A DNA stretch of 64,000 nt from Eledone cirrhosa. Lineage: Eukaryota. The stretch is taken from the NCBI GenBank assembly GCA_964016885.1, contig OZ024745.1:35526001-35590000 (forward strand). Direction: 5' to 3'. Numbering within the stretch: the stretch's first letter is position 1; each line of letters opens with the position of its first letter. The position numbers and the translations under genes are program-made. This document shows positions 16,169-31,011 of this stretch, piece by piece. The notes under the pieces are model-generated. The model saw only the letters and a list, made by a program, of their open reading frames with translations, was not told the origin of the DNA and searched no databases.

Positions 16169-18347
16169 TATATGTATATATATATATATGTACATATATA
16201 ATTCGTTTACTAAGTAAAAGAATACTGGCGTTTATATGCTTAGCACTCGATCCAATTTTTCCCTACGTATATTCAGTATAGGCAGTCGTAATAATCGCCA
16301 CCAGCATCATTTCGTCAGATTATTGTATTAATCCATTAGCGAAGATTATTTGTATCAAAGGAGGAGAGGGTGAAATTACAGTTTAACAGATTTTTATTCG
16401 CATTTGCGCTTGATACGTGTAGGATCACTTTATAGGAACGACTTAAAGCTAGCGGCCGTTATATAATTTGTTTTACAATTTATAGCACGACTTCGATGCA
16501 ATCTGTTTATCATATGCTTTCGAGATTACTGATGCGTCAACTCCTAGTATAAATGTGTCGAGCTCATATGTGTACATACAAACCACTCGAAGATCCCACA
16601 TTCCAAAATAAAAAAATAAATGGAGATAAATTACACACAAACACGCAAACACATGCATATATATATGAGTATGCTGCAGTTTTCCTCATGCATTATGGCA
16701 TATGTAAAGTTATTATGTCTTGGGTGCCGCTACAATGCAAATGCAGTTGTAAATTCCAAGGCAACAAAATATGGAGATGAATGAAATAGGTGAGGTTGAG
16801 AGGAGGATGGGAAGAAAAAACAAGAATCAGGGTTAATGTTAATCTAGATATATATATATATATATTAATCCCCAACACCTTTCGGAAATAAGATTATCAA
16901 GGGATCCATAAGGAATCCCGTAGAATGTTGCTATGCTTCTATGTGATTCGTTTAATATATTTTAAGCCATAAAGAGACTTTAAGTTAAAACAGAAAACAA
17001 GCATTACGTAATATTATGAAATGTGGCAGGCTCAATTTAGGAGATAGTCAGCAGCCTGACTATTTGATATATTCCTTGTTGTTATAGTTAGATTACGAGG
17101 CATATTTTAAAATTATTTGGTTTGGATGTCCAGGTAAAATTACGCTTCGTATCTTGCTATTTTCTTGTCTGATATACATGGTCGTTTTCAAAATATGTTC
17201 TTTTGTTTTATGCTTCTACGAATTTGTAAAACCACAAGCACTGTTTTTGTCATTCAAAATAACCTAGTTTGTTTAGTTAGTGGTTTTGACAATACACATC
17301 AATAATGTAGTTTTTAGGTATTTTTTCCAAATTTTCTCCAGGCTAATCTATTTTCTCGTTTTACATCGAAGGACAGTTACATATTTTCAGACAGAATGTC
17401 ACATATTTGTATCATAAATAAATGTTGCAATAGCAAATACGAAAGGCTTTTGCTGTCAACCAACATCCAAGGTAAGGGTCAAGTGAATTTTAACCGTGCT
17501 CGTCCCGTCTCTTTACAGTTTCGAATGTGTTATTTCATTTCGAAAGACTGTACATTGTGATTTGATGGATGTTTGACTGCTATGTCTTGTAGGCCGATTA
17601 AACATGTTTGGCAGTGTGATAAAACGGCCTTCTTTATGTGTAATAAAATAAATGAAATTTCAGCTAATCACTATGTTGTAACAAGTTTTGATGTTTAATG
17701 CTGAAATATCAGATACAAATAAATCAATATAAAAGCAACAACGAAAACAATAATAATAATAACGGTTTCATTAATATAATTTCCGTGACACGTTTGAAGC
17801 ATTGATAAAATCAGCTTCATGACGAAAATGTCTCATGTCCATCACCAAAGGGCTCAAAATATTTTAAGAGCCCCTCGCAATTTTCTGTATGCTTTTGATG
17901 ATACGATTAATTACTTTGCGAAAATACACAAATCTATATCCTGAAGATGGAATGAAATAGGGTGGGCAAATGTTGAATATGCTTAATTGATTGATCACTG
18001 ATTTGTATCAGAGGACACAGACAAAAACGATGGTATATACTTAACTATATATATATATATATATGTAGAAGGTGAGTAATATTGTAGAACAATAAAACTA
18101 TGCATATATCAGATAAGTAGCACTCAACAGTTGGTAGAACTGGAGTATATATTAAACAAGAAATTAAAAGATGGTTAAAAACGTTCCATATATTTTATTA
18201 TAAATAAACATGAATAATCACAGGAGATAATTTTTACAAGTGTGTAACCACACATAGCTAGATAGGTAACTAAATATGGCGCATGTCTTCCTGGCATGAC
18301 ACCCATAATTTTGATTTAGATTAAATTCATTTGATTTATCTTAATTT

Positions 18348-18394
<47 letters not shown>

Positions 18395-18495
18395 CAAGAG
18401 ATGTCAACATGAATGGACCTGTTATTTTTATCTAAATACATATTTTCCAATTCCAACCTGCCCGTCCCTTCAATCTATCTCATTTCTCATTCTTT

Positions 18496-18529
18496 CTTCT
18501 GATGAAGGACTAGCGTCCGAAACGTTAAG
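18496..18529 (+). ncRNA. Minimal type-I hammerhead ribozyme with intact core
   Basis: CTT-CTGATGA-A-GGAC(tagc)GTCC-GAAA-CG-TT-AAG; palindromic AACGTT stem III. Lies in a short insert (about 18392-18620) between TA tracts. Confidence 0.8.
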
Positions 18530-18626
18530 GCACTCTTCCTGCTATTTCAAGCGTTAACCTTATATATTCCTTCTATATACTATAACGATTATGTTGTTAT
18601 TTCTGATTATCTTTTACACACACACA

Positions 18627-19245
<619 letters not shown>

Positions 19246-19399
19246 ACAAATTTCTTACACAATAAAATATTCAACCTTTTAACAAGAAATGGTGAGACCT
19301 ATCAGTGATATAGAACCAGAACCATGAAGTTGTAAAAGTAATTTCTTAACACAGCCATACCTATATGCATATATATATATACATATATATGCATATAAG

Positions 19400-19453
19400 T
19401 ATTAATTCTGGCAATATTATTACACAAATATGACATTCCCCAAGTATAACAAT
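19400..19453 (+). mobile_element. Solo PLE family A 3' terminus
   Basis: TATTAATTCTGGCAATATTATTACACAAATATGACATTCCCCAAGTATAACAAT followed by (TA)n; matches 1638-1690. Confidence 0.85.
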
Positions 19454-20293
19454 ATATATATATATATATATAATTTCCACCCTATGTAATTAAGAACAAC
19501 GGCCGATAAAATGTTAGAAATGCCAATGTCCATCGGGTATAATGCTTCATTAGGAATCAAATATTGTGAATCTGAGAAACTGGTCAGAAACTGTTCAGTA
19601 ATTCCTTGTAGGAGTGAACAAGTCTGTTCGGGAATGTACTACATGTTAATTGCATTCATGCGAAGATGATTAGAATAATCAAGCAAGATTTCGTTATTCT
19701 TATATTCTTATGTCCATATATACCACGTATATTGTGTCTTAAACAATGTAAACCGAACTTCTTTAGAGAACTTTACAGATTTTCACATTTCCATTTATCT
19801 AAATTTCACTTGTTCTCAGCTTTTTGTAACCCATCTTACCTTCAACAGTATAATTTCATGATCAGTGGCGTCCAGGTAATGACAGTCATGTTTATGTTTA
19901 ATACGTTGATACCACATTATATGAAACCGCTCCTGGTAATATGATACAGAGTGATTTACTTTATAGTGTTTATATATTTATGTAAAGCCCCCCCCCCCAC
20001 CCCGCCATCATAGTATGAGTATTTAATAGCAGTTATGTTTCAAAATCAAGATAAATAAAGTGAGAATTGATTATATTTGTAAATCCATCAAAATCTTTGT
20101 TTATTTGCAAAACCATCCGAAAATTATATTGGCAGTGACTTTCATTAGGCATAACCCAATGGTTAAAATAATGCACCTAGGCTTGCATTATCTAACGCAT
20201 AATTCATTGACTTGACGAGGGTGAGATTAACAAGATATAAGGCAGATGGATCGACCAAATAGATACTTTTGGTGATATCTAGTGATAATTAAT

Positions 20294-20476
20294 TGCTTCT
20301 ACTTTTGGCACAAGGCCAGCAATTACCCAGTGCATTACTAGTACTTTATTTTATCGACCCCGTAAGGATGAAAGGCAAAGTTAACCTCGGCGGGATTTGA
20401 ACTCAAAATGGCAAGGGCCGTAACTCTATGCGTCAAAGCATGGCGTCCGACCCTCTACCGATACTGCCAGTCCACC
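20294..20476 (-). mobile_element. Full-length tRNA-derived SINE (octopus OK-like family) with 20-bp TSD
   Basis: A-box TGGCAGTATCGG and B-box GAGTTCAAATCC on the minus strand. TSD GATATCTAGTGATAATTAAT at 20274-20293 and 20477-20496. Confidence 0.92.
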
Positions 20477-21499
20477 GATATCTAGTGATAATTAATAGCA
20501 ATAGAATTCAGTTACTGAGAACATCGATTTTGTTATAAAACAAACAAACGAGATATTCACTACATACTCATCATGGCGACAAATTATATTGAGAGTCTTT
20601 GAATAGTAAAATCACCACATCTCCAATAATTAAAAGGTGAGAACAGAAATGCAAACACAAACAATTACACAAATAAACAGACACGCTCACACACACATAC
20701 ACCCGCTCACGCCCACACACAGATATATTCGCAATTTATTTTAATTAGCTTCCTCTACAATAGTACATTTTTTTGTGTGATTTCTTCTAGGGATACTATA
20801 TTAGTGGAAGGGGTTTCATGAAACAGAAGATCCTCGTTGGCAAGCCGGCTTCATTTTATAGTTTTATTTTCAACATTTTCCAAGTGCTATTGATATCCCC
20901 AATATAACTACATGACAATGACTCGCCTTCCTTAAAAGCTGATAATTCAATCTGGTTTACAGGCGCAATTACACTAAAATAAAGCAACTTGAAACTATTT
21001 TGCTGAGGTATAGTTTCAGGGTATAATCTCGGGATTTATTTCCTGGGAAATTACACTATTACTACACATTACTGTTGTTTACCCTAGCGTCAGTTGGCCT
21101 CAAGATCTAAGATATGAGAAATTCCAAACGTCGCAGTTACATATTTTCCCGCACAGTAGAATTACATTAATATAGTCAATGTGTCACATATTGTATTAAG
21201 ACTGTATATATTTTTCAAAACGTTAAATTAGTAATTGATTGACATTTCATTGAGATTTCTAGTATATCTAATGATCAGTTACAAACTCCCATATTACCGT
21301 CATGATTAGATGTATACCATCTGCGAATAATGCATCAATAGCAGAAGTAGAAGCATGATACGCTAACATACATGTTTAGACAATTATTAACCCAACCAAA
21401 CACATAAAATCAAACACACGCACACACTGATATACACACATTCAACTGGTTACTGGTTACATACAAGATATATAAGTAAAAGTCTCTATTCTCTTCAAT

Positions 21500-21685
21500 A
21501 TGGTTTCTACCATTGGCACGCAGCCAGAAATATTAGAATCGGTTTTAAGAGGGAAATGAATCGATTCAATGGACGCCATTACTTGACTGGTACACTTTTA
21601 TCGATCTCGGTTTGATTTGAAACCAGATCCTAAAGGGTCGTAATTAGCCATTTTGCATGTCTCACTAGCGATTTCGCTATCTATT
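21500..21685 (-). mobile_element. Old diverged SINE copy
   Basis: GTTTCTAC...GACTGGTAC...TTTTATCGA motifs shared with younger copies. Confidence 0.5.
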
Positions 21686-22153
21686 GGTATGGTTGACGCT
21701 CAATGTAACAATTATATAAGTGTATTCAAAAGCAAATGTCAAACGCAACGGGGCCGACGCTATATGGTCAGTCAGTTTCATCAGCCTCAACCAATTACAG
21801 TAACTCTAAAAATAATCTCAATATAATAATTTCTTATCCGAAGTTGACGCACTACGACGTTCCATTCACAATCCTGAGATCCCAGTTTCAGTCTCATCAC
21901 ATGGCAACTTAGTCAAATGTTTTGTATAATATCCTTCATCGACGCAAGCCTTATGAATCAAATAGTATAGACCGACTGTTTGGAATGTCGGTGGACGGTA
22001 CGTATATTTGGAAAGTCTCACATAACTCCAAACTTTGTCACGCTGAACTGCCAATAAAACTACGTTAAATGTAAGCTTATCTGTGAAATACCTTTTCGAG
22101 ACTAATCATTTAGAATGGGTAAACAGAACAAAGTCATTATTTAATTAAAGGCA

Positions 22154-22420
22154 AGTACCAGTAATACACTGGGTTATTGCTGGCCTTGTGCCAAAAGTAG
22201 AAACAATTATTCAAATAAAGGCAGTAGAGTAGTAGAATTAGTAGAGCGTCGAACAAAATGTCTTCCTACATTTCATCCTTTTATATTCTGATTTAGAATT
22301 ACGCCAAGGTGGAATTTGCATTTCATCCTTCTGGGGCCGATAAAATAAAGTAGCACAGCAGTACTGGGAGCAAATTAATCGAACTTGCCCACAACATTTT
22401 GTATGACATTGCGCCAGTAG
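22154..22420 (+). mobile_element. Young SINE 3' fragment (22154-22205) inserted at the head of an older SINE (about 22220-22420)
   Basis: AGTACCAGTAAT...CCTTGTGCCAAAAGTAGAAACA flanked by imperfect ATTATTYAAWTAAAGGCA repeats, followed by a diverged full SINE. Confidence 0.7.
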
Positions 22421-23729
22421 CATAGTGAGGGACGTTAGAGCACGGAGCTAAACTGTTTTCAGTATCTGCATCTTAATTAACACACATGCTGGGGCTGATA
22501 AAATATTGCACCCTTCAAACACGGAGCCGGAGGTGACTACTTCCCCTTCTCATCCCTCCTCATCTTATGCCTCTTATTGAATCAGAGTTTAAAATCATTA
22601 TTTATCGTATTAATACATTAAAGCCTTTGATGGACATCTAGAATATTACCTTGAAAGCAGCATTGTCAATACGTACGTCATCCATATCATTTAGTACATG
22701 GCAGAAATAGCTTAATTCCATGAAATCTAACCATTTAAATCAATGTCTTTGCGGTTGGATTAAAGTATCATTGTTCGAAATAAAGTTCACAAATACTAAA
22801 CCCCTCCCAAATCAACTCTTCCAGAAAAATGAGAATGTGCTCGACAATCACAAAAGGTTTCGAAGGAAGTCGGCTATTTTCACGCTTGATATGAAATATA
22901 AATGTCCTTTCACGTTAGTTTCAAATTCAAAGTACCTCTCTTTTGTTTCTACTATGATAATATCTCTTTCTCCTGTCTATCTATATATATTTATTCATCA
23001 CTCTCCCTCATTCCGTCTCTCTCCCTCCCTCTTTCTCTCTCTTTCTTTCTTTCCCCTCATCATATACGGCTTGCTTTCTCTGGGCTGGTCTCTCTCTAGA
23101 ATCCTATACTATGTAATAGCGCCTTAGTTCAAGGGATATGTATTATTCATTAAATACTCTGTTATTCTTTAATCAAGTCCTGACATGTAAGTGTCTAGAG
23201 ACTTCAAATGTTTTTAATGCATAAATATTGTGGTTGTTGAAATTGCAACACCATGTTTGTACATGGGTTTTTATTCATTATGAAAATTATGATGTTCATA
23301 TGGCGATGATGATAATGATGATGATGCTACTGGAGTTGAGAGGTTTGGGAAATATTGTTCATATTACTGATTATTTTGCTATTGTAGTTTGTTATCTGTT
23401 GCTTTTTCTTTGTCAGTCGTTAGTGTGGATGCTGATATATATTCATATTACAGATCAAAGCACGCGATAATGTAATATAACTGATGTTACATTGCTGTTG
23501 CTGTTGTTGCTAATTATATCATTCTAAACAGCGATAACGCAGATGCTTCTCTTGTTATGATATTAACCTCCTGACTTGTTTTGCTATTGCTGTTAGCTAA
23601 TGCTTATGCTGTTGTTTAGCGTTTTATTGCTGTTGTTGCATGTTATAGTTTGTCTTTGAGCACAATACAAAGGCGACATCCAATACTAAGTTAACGGAAC
23701 TTATTCAGCACTTATTATTAAATAATACT

Positions 23730-23935
23730 TAAGAGTAGTGAACTTGCAGAAATGTTTAAACGTTAGAAAATATGCCTTAAGGTATTATATCTTGTTACGT
23801 TCTGAGTTCAAATTTTGCGAAGGGCAATTTTGCCTTTCATGATTTTGATTCCGATAAAAAGCAGGACCAGTCAAGTACTTTATTGGTTTAATCGTCTTTC
23901 CTCACAAAGTGATGGCATTCGGCGTAAATCAGAAA
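23730..23935 (+). mobile_element. Old diverged SINE copy
   Basis: TACGTTCTGAGTTCAAAT...TTTGCCTTTCAT...GATAAAA core. Confidence 0.65.
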
Positions 23936-24486
23936 TACTCGTCAAATAAGTCGCATATGAGAAAATTATATCTAAAGTAATATTTCTTCGAAACGATTTT
24001 GGAAGATCAAATATCCTTTAATATTTCTGATCGGTTCTCTTGGACAATCGATTCGGATGTATCAGCTTGATTACATATGACTGATCGGCGTGTAGGCATG
24101 TTTGTAAGTAACGCCTATCTTTAGAAAAATAACTCTCTATGATACAAGGTCATGGTATTTTTTCATGAGGCGTGAATAATCACTAAGGTTAATGACAGAT
24201 AATGTTATTAGCATTTGCAACATAGTAGCAACAATATTCAGCTTATAAGCCATTCAATTGAAACTATAAGTGTGAAGTTTCTCTCATGTTTTTAATTTGT
24301 TCATAACGTGACCTTTCTTATTTAAGGTAGTAATGTGTTATATAAAAACGCGGTTGCTCCTAGTATTTATTGATGCAGCAATCACGCAGAAGTCACGCAG
24401 TAAATCTCAATGGCCGCATCGAACAGAAGTGTAAGCATAGAGTAAGTAGAGGAAAGACACAGATAAACATATAAATATATATATAA

Positions 24487-24573
<87 letters not shown>

Positions 24574-24926
24574 GTGTGTGTGCTAGGACTCTAACGTTAT
24601 TATGTATTCTGACGTCATTAGCTGCTTCTGATATCGTACTGAACTACTTCCCATTTTATTAGCGTTACAGATCGAAATGTATAAAGGAACGCTATGGCTT
24701 TCATCTGTTCTGTTTGGCAATATGTTCCACTAAAGGATCCATAGTTTAAATTCAAGCTGAATTTATTGCAAATATTGATTTTGATCTTTCTAATGTATAT
24801 ATTCTTTAATGCACATACACAGAATAGACAAAACGTACATATACATACAGATGAATATATGGTATATTTCTAAAACCTATACATAAAAGTACATATGAAG
24901 ATTTACCTTCAGGAAAATAGTGAGGC

Positions 24927-24959
<33 letters not shown>

Positions 24960-25183
24960 CAGAGAGAGAGAAAGTAATAATAAATACAAAGACCAAAATT
25001 CCGACTGGTTAAGGATTGTATAAATATATAAGTATATATAGACCTACAGAGCCAATATTTATTATTAGTACAGATTAAAAGTTTAAGCAATACATTTCTG
25101 TTGTCTGCCTTTGAAACTTTATGGATTTGACTCAGTGATGGCCCGCCAAATTGGTGTTATTGTAACGAATATATATATATATA

Positions 25184-25339
25184 TAGGAACGAGTAGGACC
25201 CCGACGGCTGAGCTCAAGCTGTTTCGACGGCTAATTCTGGACTAAAGTCCTACACGTTCCTATTACCCACTCTACTACCCTAAGTATTGAGTACTTTGGT
25301 GCGTTATGGTCCACCTGGTTCCTTACCACATTTCCTTCG

Positions 25340-25341
<2 letters not shown>
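25184..25341 (+). mobile_element. Fold-back mini-insert of the PLE family B terminus
   Basis: Inverted arm 25184-25246 then the direct terminus 25247-25341; (TA)n flanks. Confidence 0.88.
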
Positions 25342-25376
<35 letters not shown>

Positions 25377-25378
<2 letters not shown>

Positions 25379-25394
25379 GACCCTCCCCAAGTAT

Positions 25395-25400
<6 letters not shown>
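25377..25400 (+). mobile_element. 24-bp PLE family A terminus inside (TA)n
   Basis: ATGACCCTCCCCAAGTATAACAAT. Confidence 0.8.
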
Positions 25401-25438
<38 letters not shown>

Positions 25439-25440
<2 letters not shown>

Positions 25441-25626
25441 CGAAGGAAATGTGGTAAGGAACCAGGTGGACCATAACGCACCAAAGTACTCAATACTTGA
25501 GGTAGTAGAGTGGGTAATAGGAACCAGTAAGACCCCGACAGCTGAGCTCAAGCCGTTTCGACGGCTAATTCTCTGAATTAGCCGTCGAAACGGCTTGAGC
25601 TCAGCTGTCGGGGTCTTACTGGTTCC

Positions 25627-25628
<2 letters not shown>
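25439..25628 (-). mobile_element. Fold-back mini-insert of the PLE family B terminus (opposite orientation)
   Basis: Perfect arms at 25518-25571 and 25575-25628 that share private variants. Confidence 0.9.
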
Positions 25629-25657
<29 letters not shown>

Positions 25658-27291
25658 ATATACATACACACACATACACGTCTTTCATCCTTATAAGTGT
25701 CGATAAATAAAGTAAAGTTCACGTACTGAATTCGATGTATTTAACTTTAAATTACTGGCCTTGTCCTAAGGTTAGAACGAATTATATAATCGTTTAATAA
25801 TTTCAAACGATTGGAAGGCCAAATAATACATAAAAAGGAATTGACGTTAGCGTTTTTCTTAAATGTTTCACTCTGAAAGATTCGCTTCAGTGAATATATA
25901 ATCTGTTTTGGTTTATAAGTCGAAGCTTGAGAAAGTATAAGCTTTAATTAATAGTCATCCTCAAAGCTGTTAGACGTTGAAGGAACATATTATAGATGTT
26001 AGGGATTTATTTTCATTTTCTTCTAAGTGTAAAAATAAGATCTGCTTTTTCTTTACGACATGAATATTTTAGAGATGGTTAACGGTCGAAATATGAAAAC
26101 AAAATTATTTGAAGCTGTTAGAAGGCGAAAAAACAGATTATAAACTTTGGGGTATATTTTCATTTGAAATCATTATGTTATAATGCTTTCAAAAACTACA
26201 TATAAACTCAGTAGTATATATAAATGTTAAAATGCTTCTCTATGTATATATAATTTAGAATTTATATAATACAATGAAATATTGTAACATACGCTTCCAT
26301 GGAACTATTTCTGTTCTTTCGCATTACCCGTCATGCTTCTATCCACTATCACTCCTCCTCCTAACTTTACGTCATAGGTTGCGATCAAGTTAAAAACATT
26401 ATATTTCTCAACTCGGCGTTTTTGTCACTCCTCACTGAATATCGGTTTATGGAACTCTTCTAAGAAATCTAGAGATTAAATATTTTTCTATACCTGCCTG
26501 CTTTGAAAAAAAGGTTATATAAAAGATATATTTTCCGAAATAAAATGAACGTAGCATCTCATCCCGATGCCAACATCTTACATTCTATTATACAGTGGTC
26601 GACACGATGTAGTTATTGTTTAATTCCGGGTTAACATGACCGAGTAGAGTAGACTTTTGATACATAGAGCAATCTGTCTTCTCAGGCAGATCTACAATTA
26701 CATCATCTTATATGGCACTACTTCTTACAACACATGAAGGAAATATGGTCATTATTTTTAGCATATGAAGTGACCATATTGCAGTGCCTTTGGTAGATCG
26801 TCCAGAGTAGGGTATTCAATAAAAGTATGGTATTCCTGTTACAATTAATTTAATCAGCCAACAATAATCTTATGCATTTCACATTGTTTTCTCATATCTA
26901 TTGTGTTTTGAGACTTAGCAATAACTACCAAGTTCGTCTTTACATTTCACCTTTTCTTGATCTATAAAATAGATACCGATCAAATAAATTTCGGATATTT
27001 CATTTATATAAATGATGATTTCTAGCGTTGGAACATGATGATACATTCTCGCATGTGGGTATAACTGATTAAATCGGTCTCATTACTCGACTCTAACGGT
27101 GGTAAATTGGCTGTCATTAGAGCGCTCTGAGTTCAAATTCGACCGATGTCAAAATTGCGTTTCATCCTTTCGATGTTGGTAAATTTTGTAGCCATTTAAT
27201 GAAAAGTTTATCGCAATCTTTGCAATGGTAACAAATGTTTCTATGTCATATTTCAATCCACTTGTTGGTTTTGTTGTAATAGTAATGATGC

Positions 27292-27325
<34 letters not shown>

Positions 27326-27648
27326 TGTTTCTACTTTAGGCACAAGGCCAGCAATTATCCAGTGAATTACTGGTACTTTATAATAATAATAATAATAATG
27401 CTTTCTTTATTAACCACAAGGGTTTACACAAAGTAGACATTAAGGACAGTACAGGACAATACAGGACGGTACAAAAGGGCATTTCTGCGTGTAAAAAATA
27501 AAAAACAGAGGATCTAATAATAGAACAATGAAAAAATTCCCCAATAGGGGGGAGACTTCCGAGAGACATTTGTGGAGAAACCCATTAACAAGCCACAGTG
27601 ACCATGACCACCAGGGCAAGTGCCCACTCCCAGTTTTCCACCTTTAAT

Positions 27649-30600
27649 TTACAGACACATACTCAGAGTAGGCCCATTCACTCGGGCCATTCTTGCCTCT
27701 CTCACCCATCTTTCAACAATATGCTGGGAAGAGAGCATTTCCCTCTCTACCCTGATTTTCCTTTTCAAATGAAATTTGAAAAAGTTAATCAGGGTATCAC
27801 CGAAGAGGTAAGTGCTCGTCTTCAGCCCTTTCAAACGTGTCCACCATACTATCTCTTTCGCCATGGCCACCAGACAGATAAAACCTGCCTGCCCTTCACG
27901 GATAAAGGAAGAGGGCGGGGCAATCCTCACGATGGACTCAGCTGACAGCTGGATCCGTCCTACACGCGACAGCAGGTGTTCGACATAAACCCACAACTCA
28001 GCAATGCTCGGACACTGGACGGCTTCGTCGCCCTGCGCGCATCTCGGACATGCCCGGCTGACGGCACCTCCATGCCTGTAGAGTTTATCCCGAACTGGCA
28101 AAGCTCCTCGGTAGCACTGCCTGGCCAGGGATTTCTGGAAGTTGTCCATAGGTTCCGGCCCGAAAGTTCTTCCGAAGAGATTGGCTAGAGTTTCCCCAAG
28201 TACGTCGTCGCTCTTCCCCTCCACTAATCCACTATAGGACGCCAAGGTGGAGTTTCCACCGATCCCATTGCCCGATTGGTCGAGGGCTGTGAGCGCCTGA
28301 AGACATTCCAGTCTCCAAGCGCTCCCTCTCGGTCTTCGCTTGACCCAGGACTGCAGCTCCGTCAAGGAGACGAGCTGGGGAAAGACGCGTCTAGCAAACG
28401 GGGACCACAACAGATCACCGTCGGGGAAGAGGTGGAGATGTCGTAGCCTGAGCGCGTGTCTGCGCATCATCAGCCACGGCACGCCCAGCCCTCCACGTAG
28501 CGGGTGTTGACAGCAGATGGACCGCCTGACCATCGGAGCGCGTCCCTTCCACAAAAAGCGAAAGAGCAAACGCTCCAGCGCAGTCAGGCGGGGCTTAGGA
28601 CAAGGTACGAAGGTCAGGTGGTAGTAGATGACGGACGCGATGTACGCGTTGGCCACCTCCGCCCATTTCTGGGTGAGAGAAGCCACCCTGCTTGTCACCT
28701 CGTCCCAGTTTTTGTCCGTCTGGAGGTCCGGACCGAACCAGACCTCTTTGCAATTTAACCGGTTCGTCTGTGCAGCACCCGACGACGCTGTTCGACGGCA
28801 TGGACCTGCCTCTACAGGTGCCGAGCTGCAGGCCCACCGACTTTTCCTGGTTGATCATTGCTCCTGTCACCGCTTCGTATTCTTTTAGTGTAGTGCCGAT
28901 CGCCTCGATGTGTTTAGCGTTCGACACCACTACGGTGACATCGTCCGCATATGCTGACACGGATCTTCCGCATCCTAGTTCGCGCGGGACCTCCCTCAAC
29001 GTCTCCAGTTTGTGCAGTAATGGCTCGAAAGTCAATAAGTACAAGAGGGACGAGAGGGGACATCCTTGGCGGACTGAGCGCATGATGTTGAACGGTTTCA
29101 AAAGGTGACCGTTCACTCTCACCACAGAGCAGATGTCGCTGTGCATGGCAGCGATCCAGCCTCTGAAGACGGGCCCAAAGCCAGCCGCCCTCAGGACTGC
29201 CGCTAGGTAACGTGGTCGACCCTATCGAATGCTTTCGACTGATCTAAATTGATCAAGGACCTACCCGGGCCAGCTTCCCTAGCTACCCTCTCTACGATGT
29301 ATCGCATGAGATGAAGGTTGTCGTGGATGGATCTGTCGTGAATGGCGCGTGTCTGCGCCTCTCCCACCAGACCACCAACGACAAGCGCCAACCCTTTTGC
29401 TAGCACATTGGCCAAAATCTTGAACTCTGTGTTTAGCAGAGTTATGGGCCTGAAATTATATATGTTATCCCGCTTGTTCGGATCCTTTCTCAGCAGCGCC
29501 ACCGCTCCTCGGCTCACAGAGCTGGGAATTCTCTCGTTCTGTTGCCAGTTGCAGTAGACGTCCGCCAAGCCAGTCATTGCCTCCTGTACATCAGCGGCTG
29601 TTATCGGCTTTTCGCAACACTCCGCCTCAGTGGCCGAGAGCGGCGGCAGTCCGTCGAGGTTGACACTAAAGTCCATCCCTCAACCCGGCCCGCCGCTTCT
29701 CCCAAACAGCTGAGCGAAGTGTCGCTGAAAAGCTTCACACATTTGCTCGGGATCGAGTAGCATGCGCCGTCATGGTCCACCAAAGACCGGATCGTGGCTT
29801 TGTTGCCACGACGCGCCTCCGCCACTCGGGCCCATTGAACGGCTTTCGTCCTCTCGTGTCTGAGAGCACGTACCCTAGGTCTGACAACGCAGCCTTCGTG
29901 CTTTGCCTTGAAGAATTGGTCAAGGGCCAATTTTGCCGCAAGTACGTCGGTCGCGATGCCTTTGCTTAAGCGCCACGCCTAATTTTCTAACTAGTTCTCT
30001 CTCTGCTCTATTTTTCTCTATTGCTAAATCCTTACTAAACCCAATGGACTCTATTCTAATCGTTCTTTGAGAACAAACCACCACTTGCTGTTGACGATGG
30101 CCCCCGTCAACGCCCGCTTAACTAGTTCGCTAATCCGGTCTCTGTAGGTCTTGCGCGCTGCAAAGGACGCATTTAGCTTCCAGTAGACGGTCCTCGTCTA
30201 TGAAGCCTATCTAAGTCAAGCACACAGATCACGAATTTGTGATCCGTGTAGCTGACTATCTTGAATTGTGGACAGCTTATGCTAGACCTACCTATTTCCC
30301 TACAAAATACTCTATCTAGATATGATCTGGATGACCCTATGCGGTTTGTCCAAGTCCACATTGACATATTCGGGAAATCCAATCGGTACCTGTCAGACAG
30401 TTCAAAACGCTTGAGCAGGTTGGTGAGGCTCTTGCACCCTCTTCCCCTATCCGATAATCTCACACAGTCCCAGCGGGCATCTAAAATCCCGTTCCAGTCG
30501 CCCACTAACACTAAAGAGCGAGACGTTCCAAGAAAGTTCTCCAGACGCCGGAAGAAATCAGGCCACCCTGCTCCTCTCGGGGGCATAGACGGCCACTAGC

Positions 30601-30920
30601 CTGAAACCTTTCCCGTCTCCGCTGGTCACGTCCAGCACCACCAGCCTACCTTCTGGGTCCAGGAAGATGGCCCGTATGGCGAGATCCAAACCTCTCCGAA
30701 AAAGCATAGCAACTTCTCCGCCCGATCAAGGACGGCTGGGAGATGCGTACACATCGTAGTCGCCGAAGATCGGTGCGAAGGCCCGTTCTTCGGAGATTCT
30801 GGTCTCGCTGATGGCCACTACATCTATGTTTAGTGACCTGAGGTCATTGAGCAGGTGGCCCTGCTTCCATGACGACCCCAAGCCACGCGCATTTATGCTG
30901 CCTATTCTGAGTGAGGTCAT
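27649..30920 (-). pseudogene. LINE ORF2 (AP endonuclease, reverse transcriptase, C-terminal CxxC), several frameshifts
   Basis: SINARGL...ISET; GDWN; SYLDR; YTDHK; FRPITLLNTEFKILA; LDQSKAFDRVDH; VRQGCPLS; SAYADD; CPRC. Confidence 0.95.
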
Positions 30921-31011
30921 GTTGAAATGGAGTGGAAAAGATGGGAAAGACCACTTACCTTACTTCTCGTAGAGGAATGATGGTTTCTCCATCCTTTTCA
31001 CTGCTTGTGGC

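Noticed and set aside
17780-17828. Minus-strand HHR-like hairpin
   Set aside because: Stem I pairs, but both core boxes are broken.
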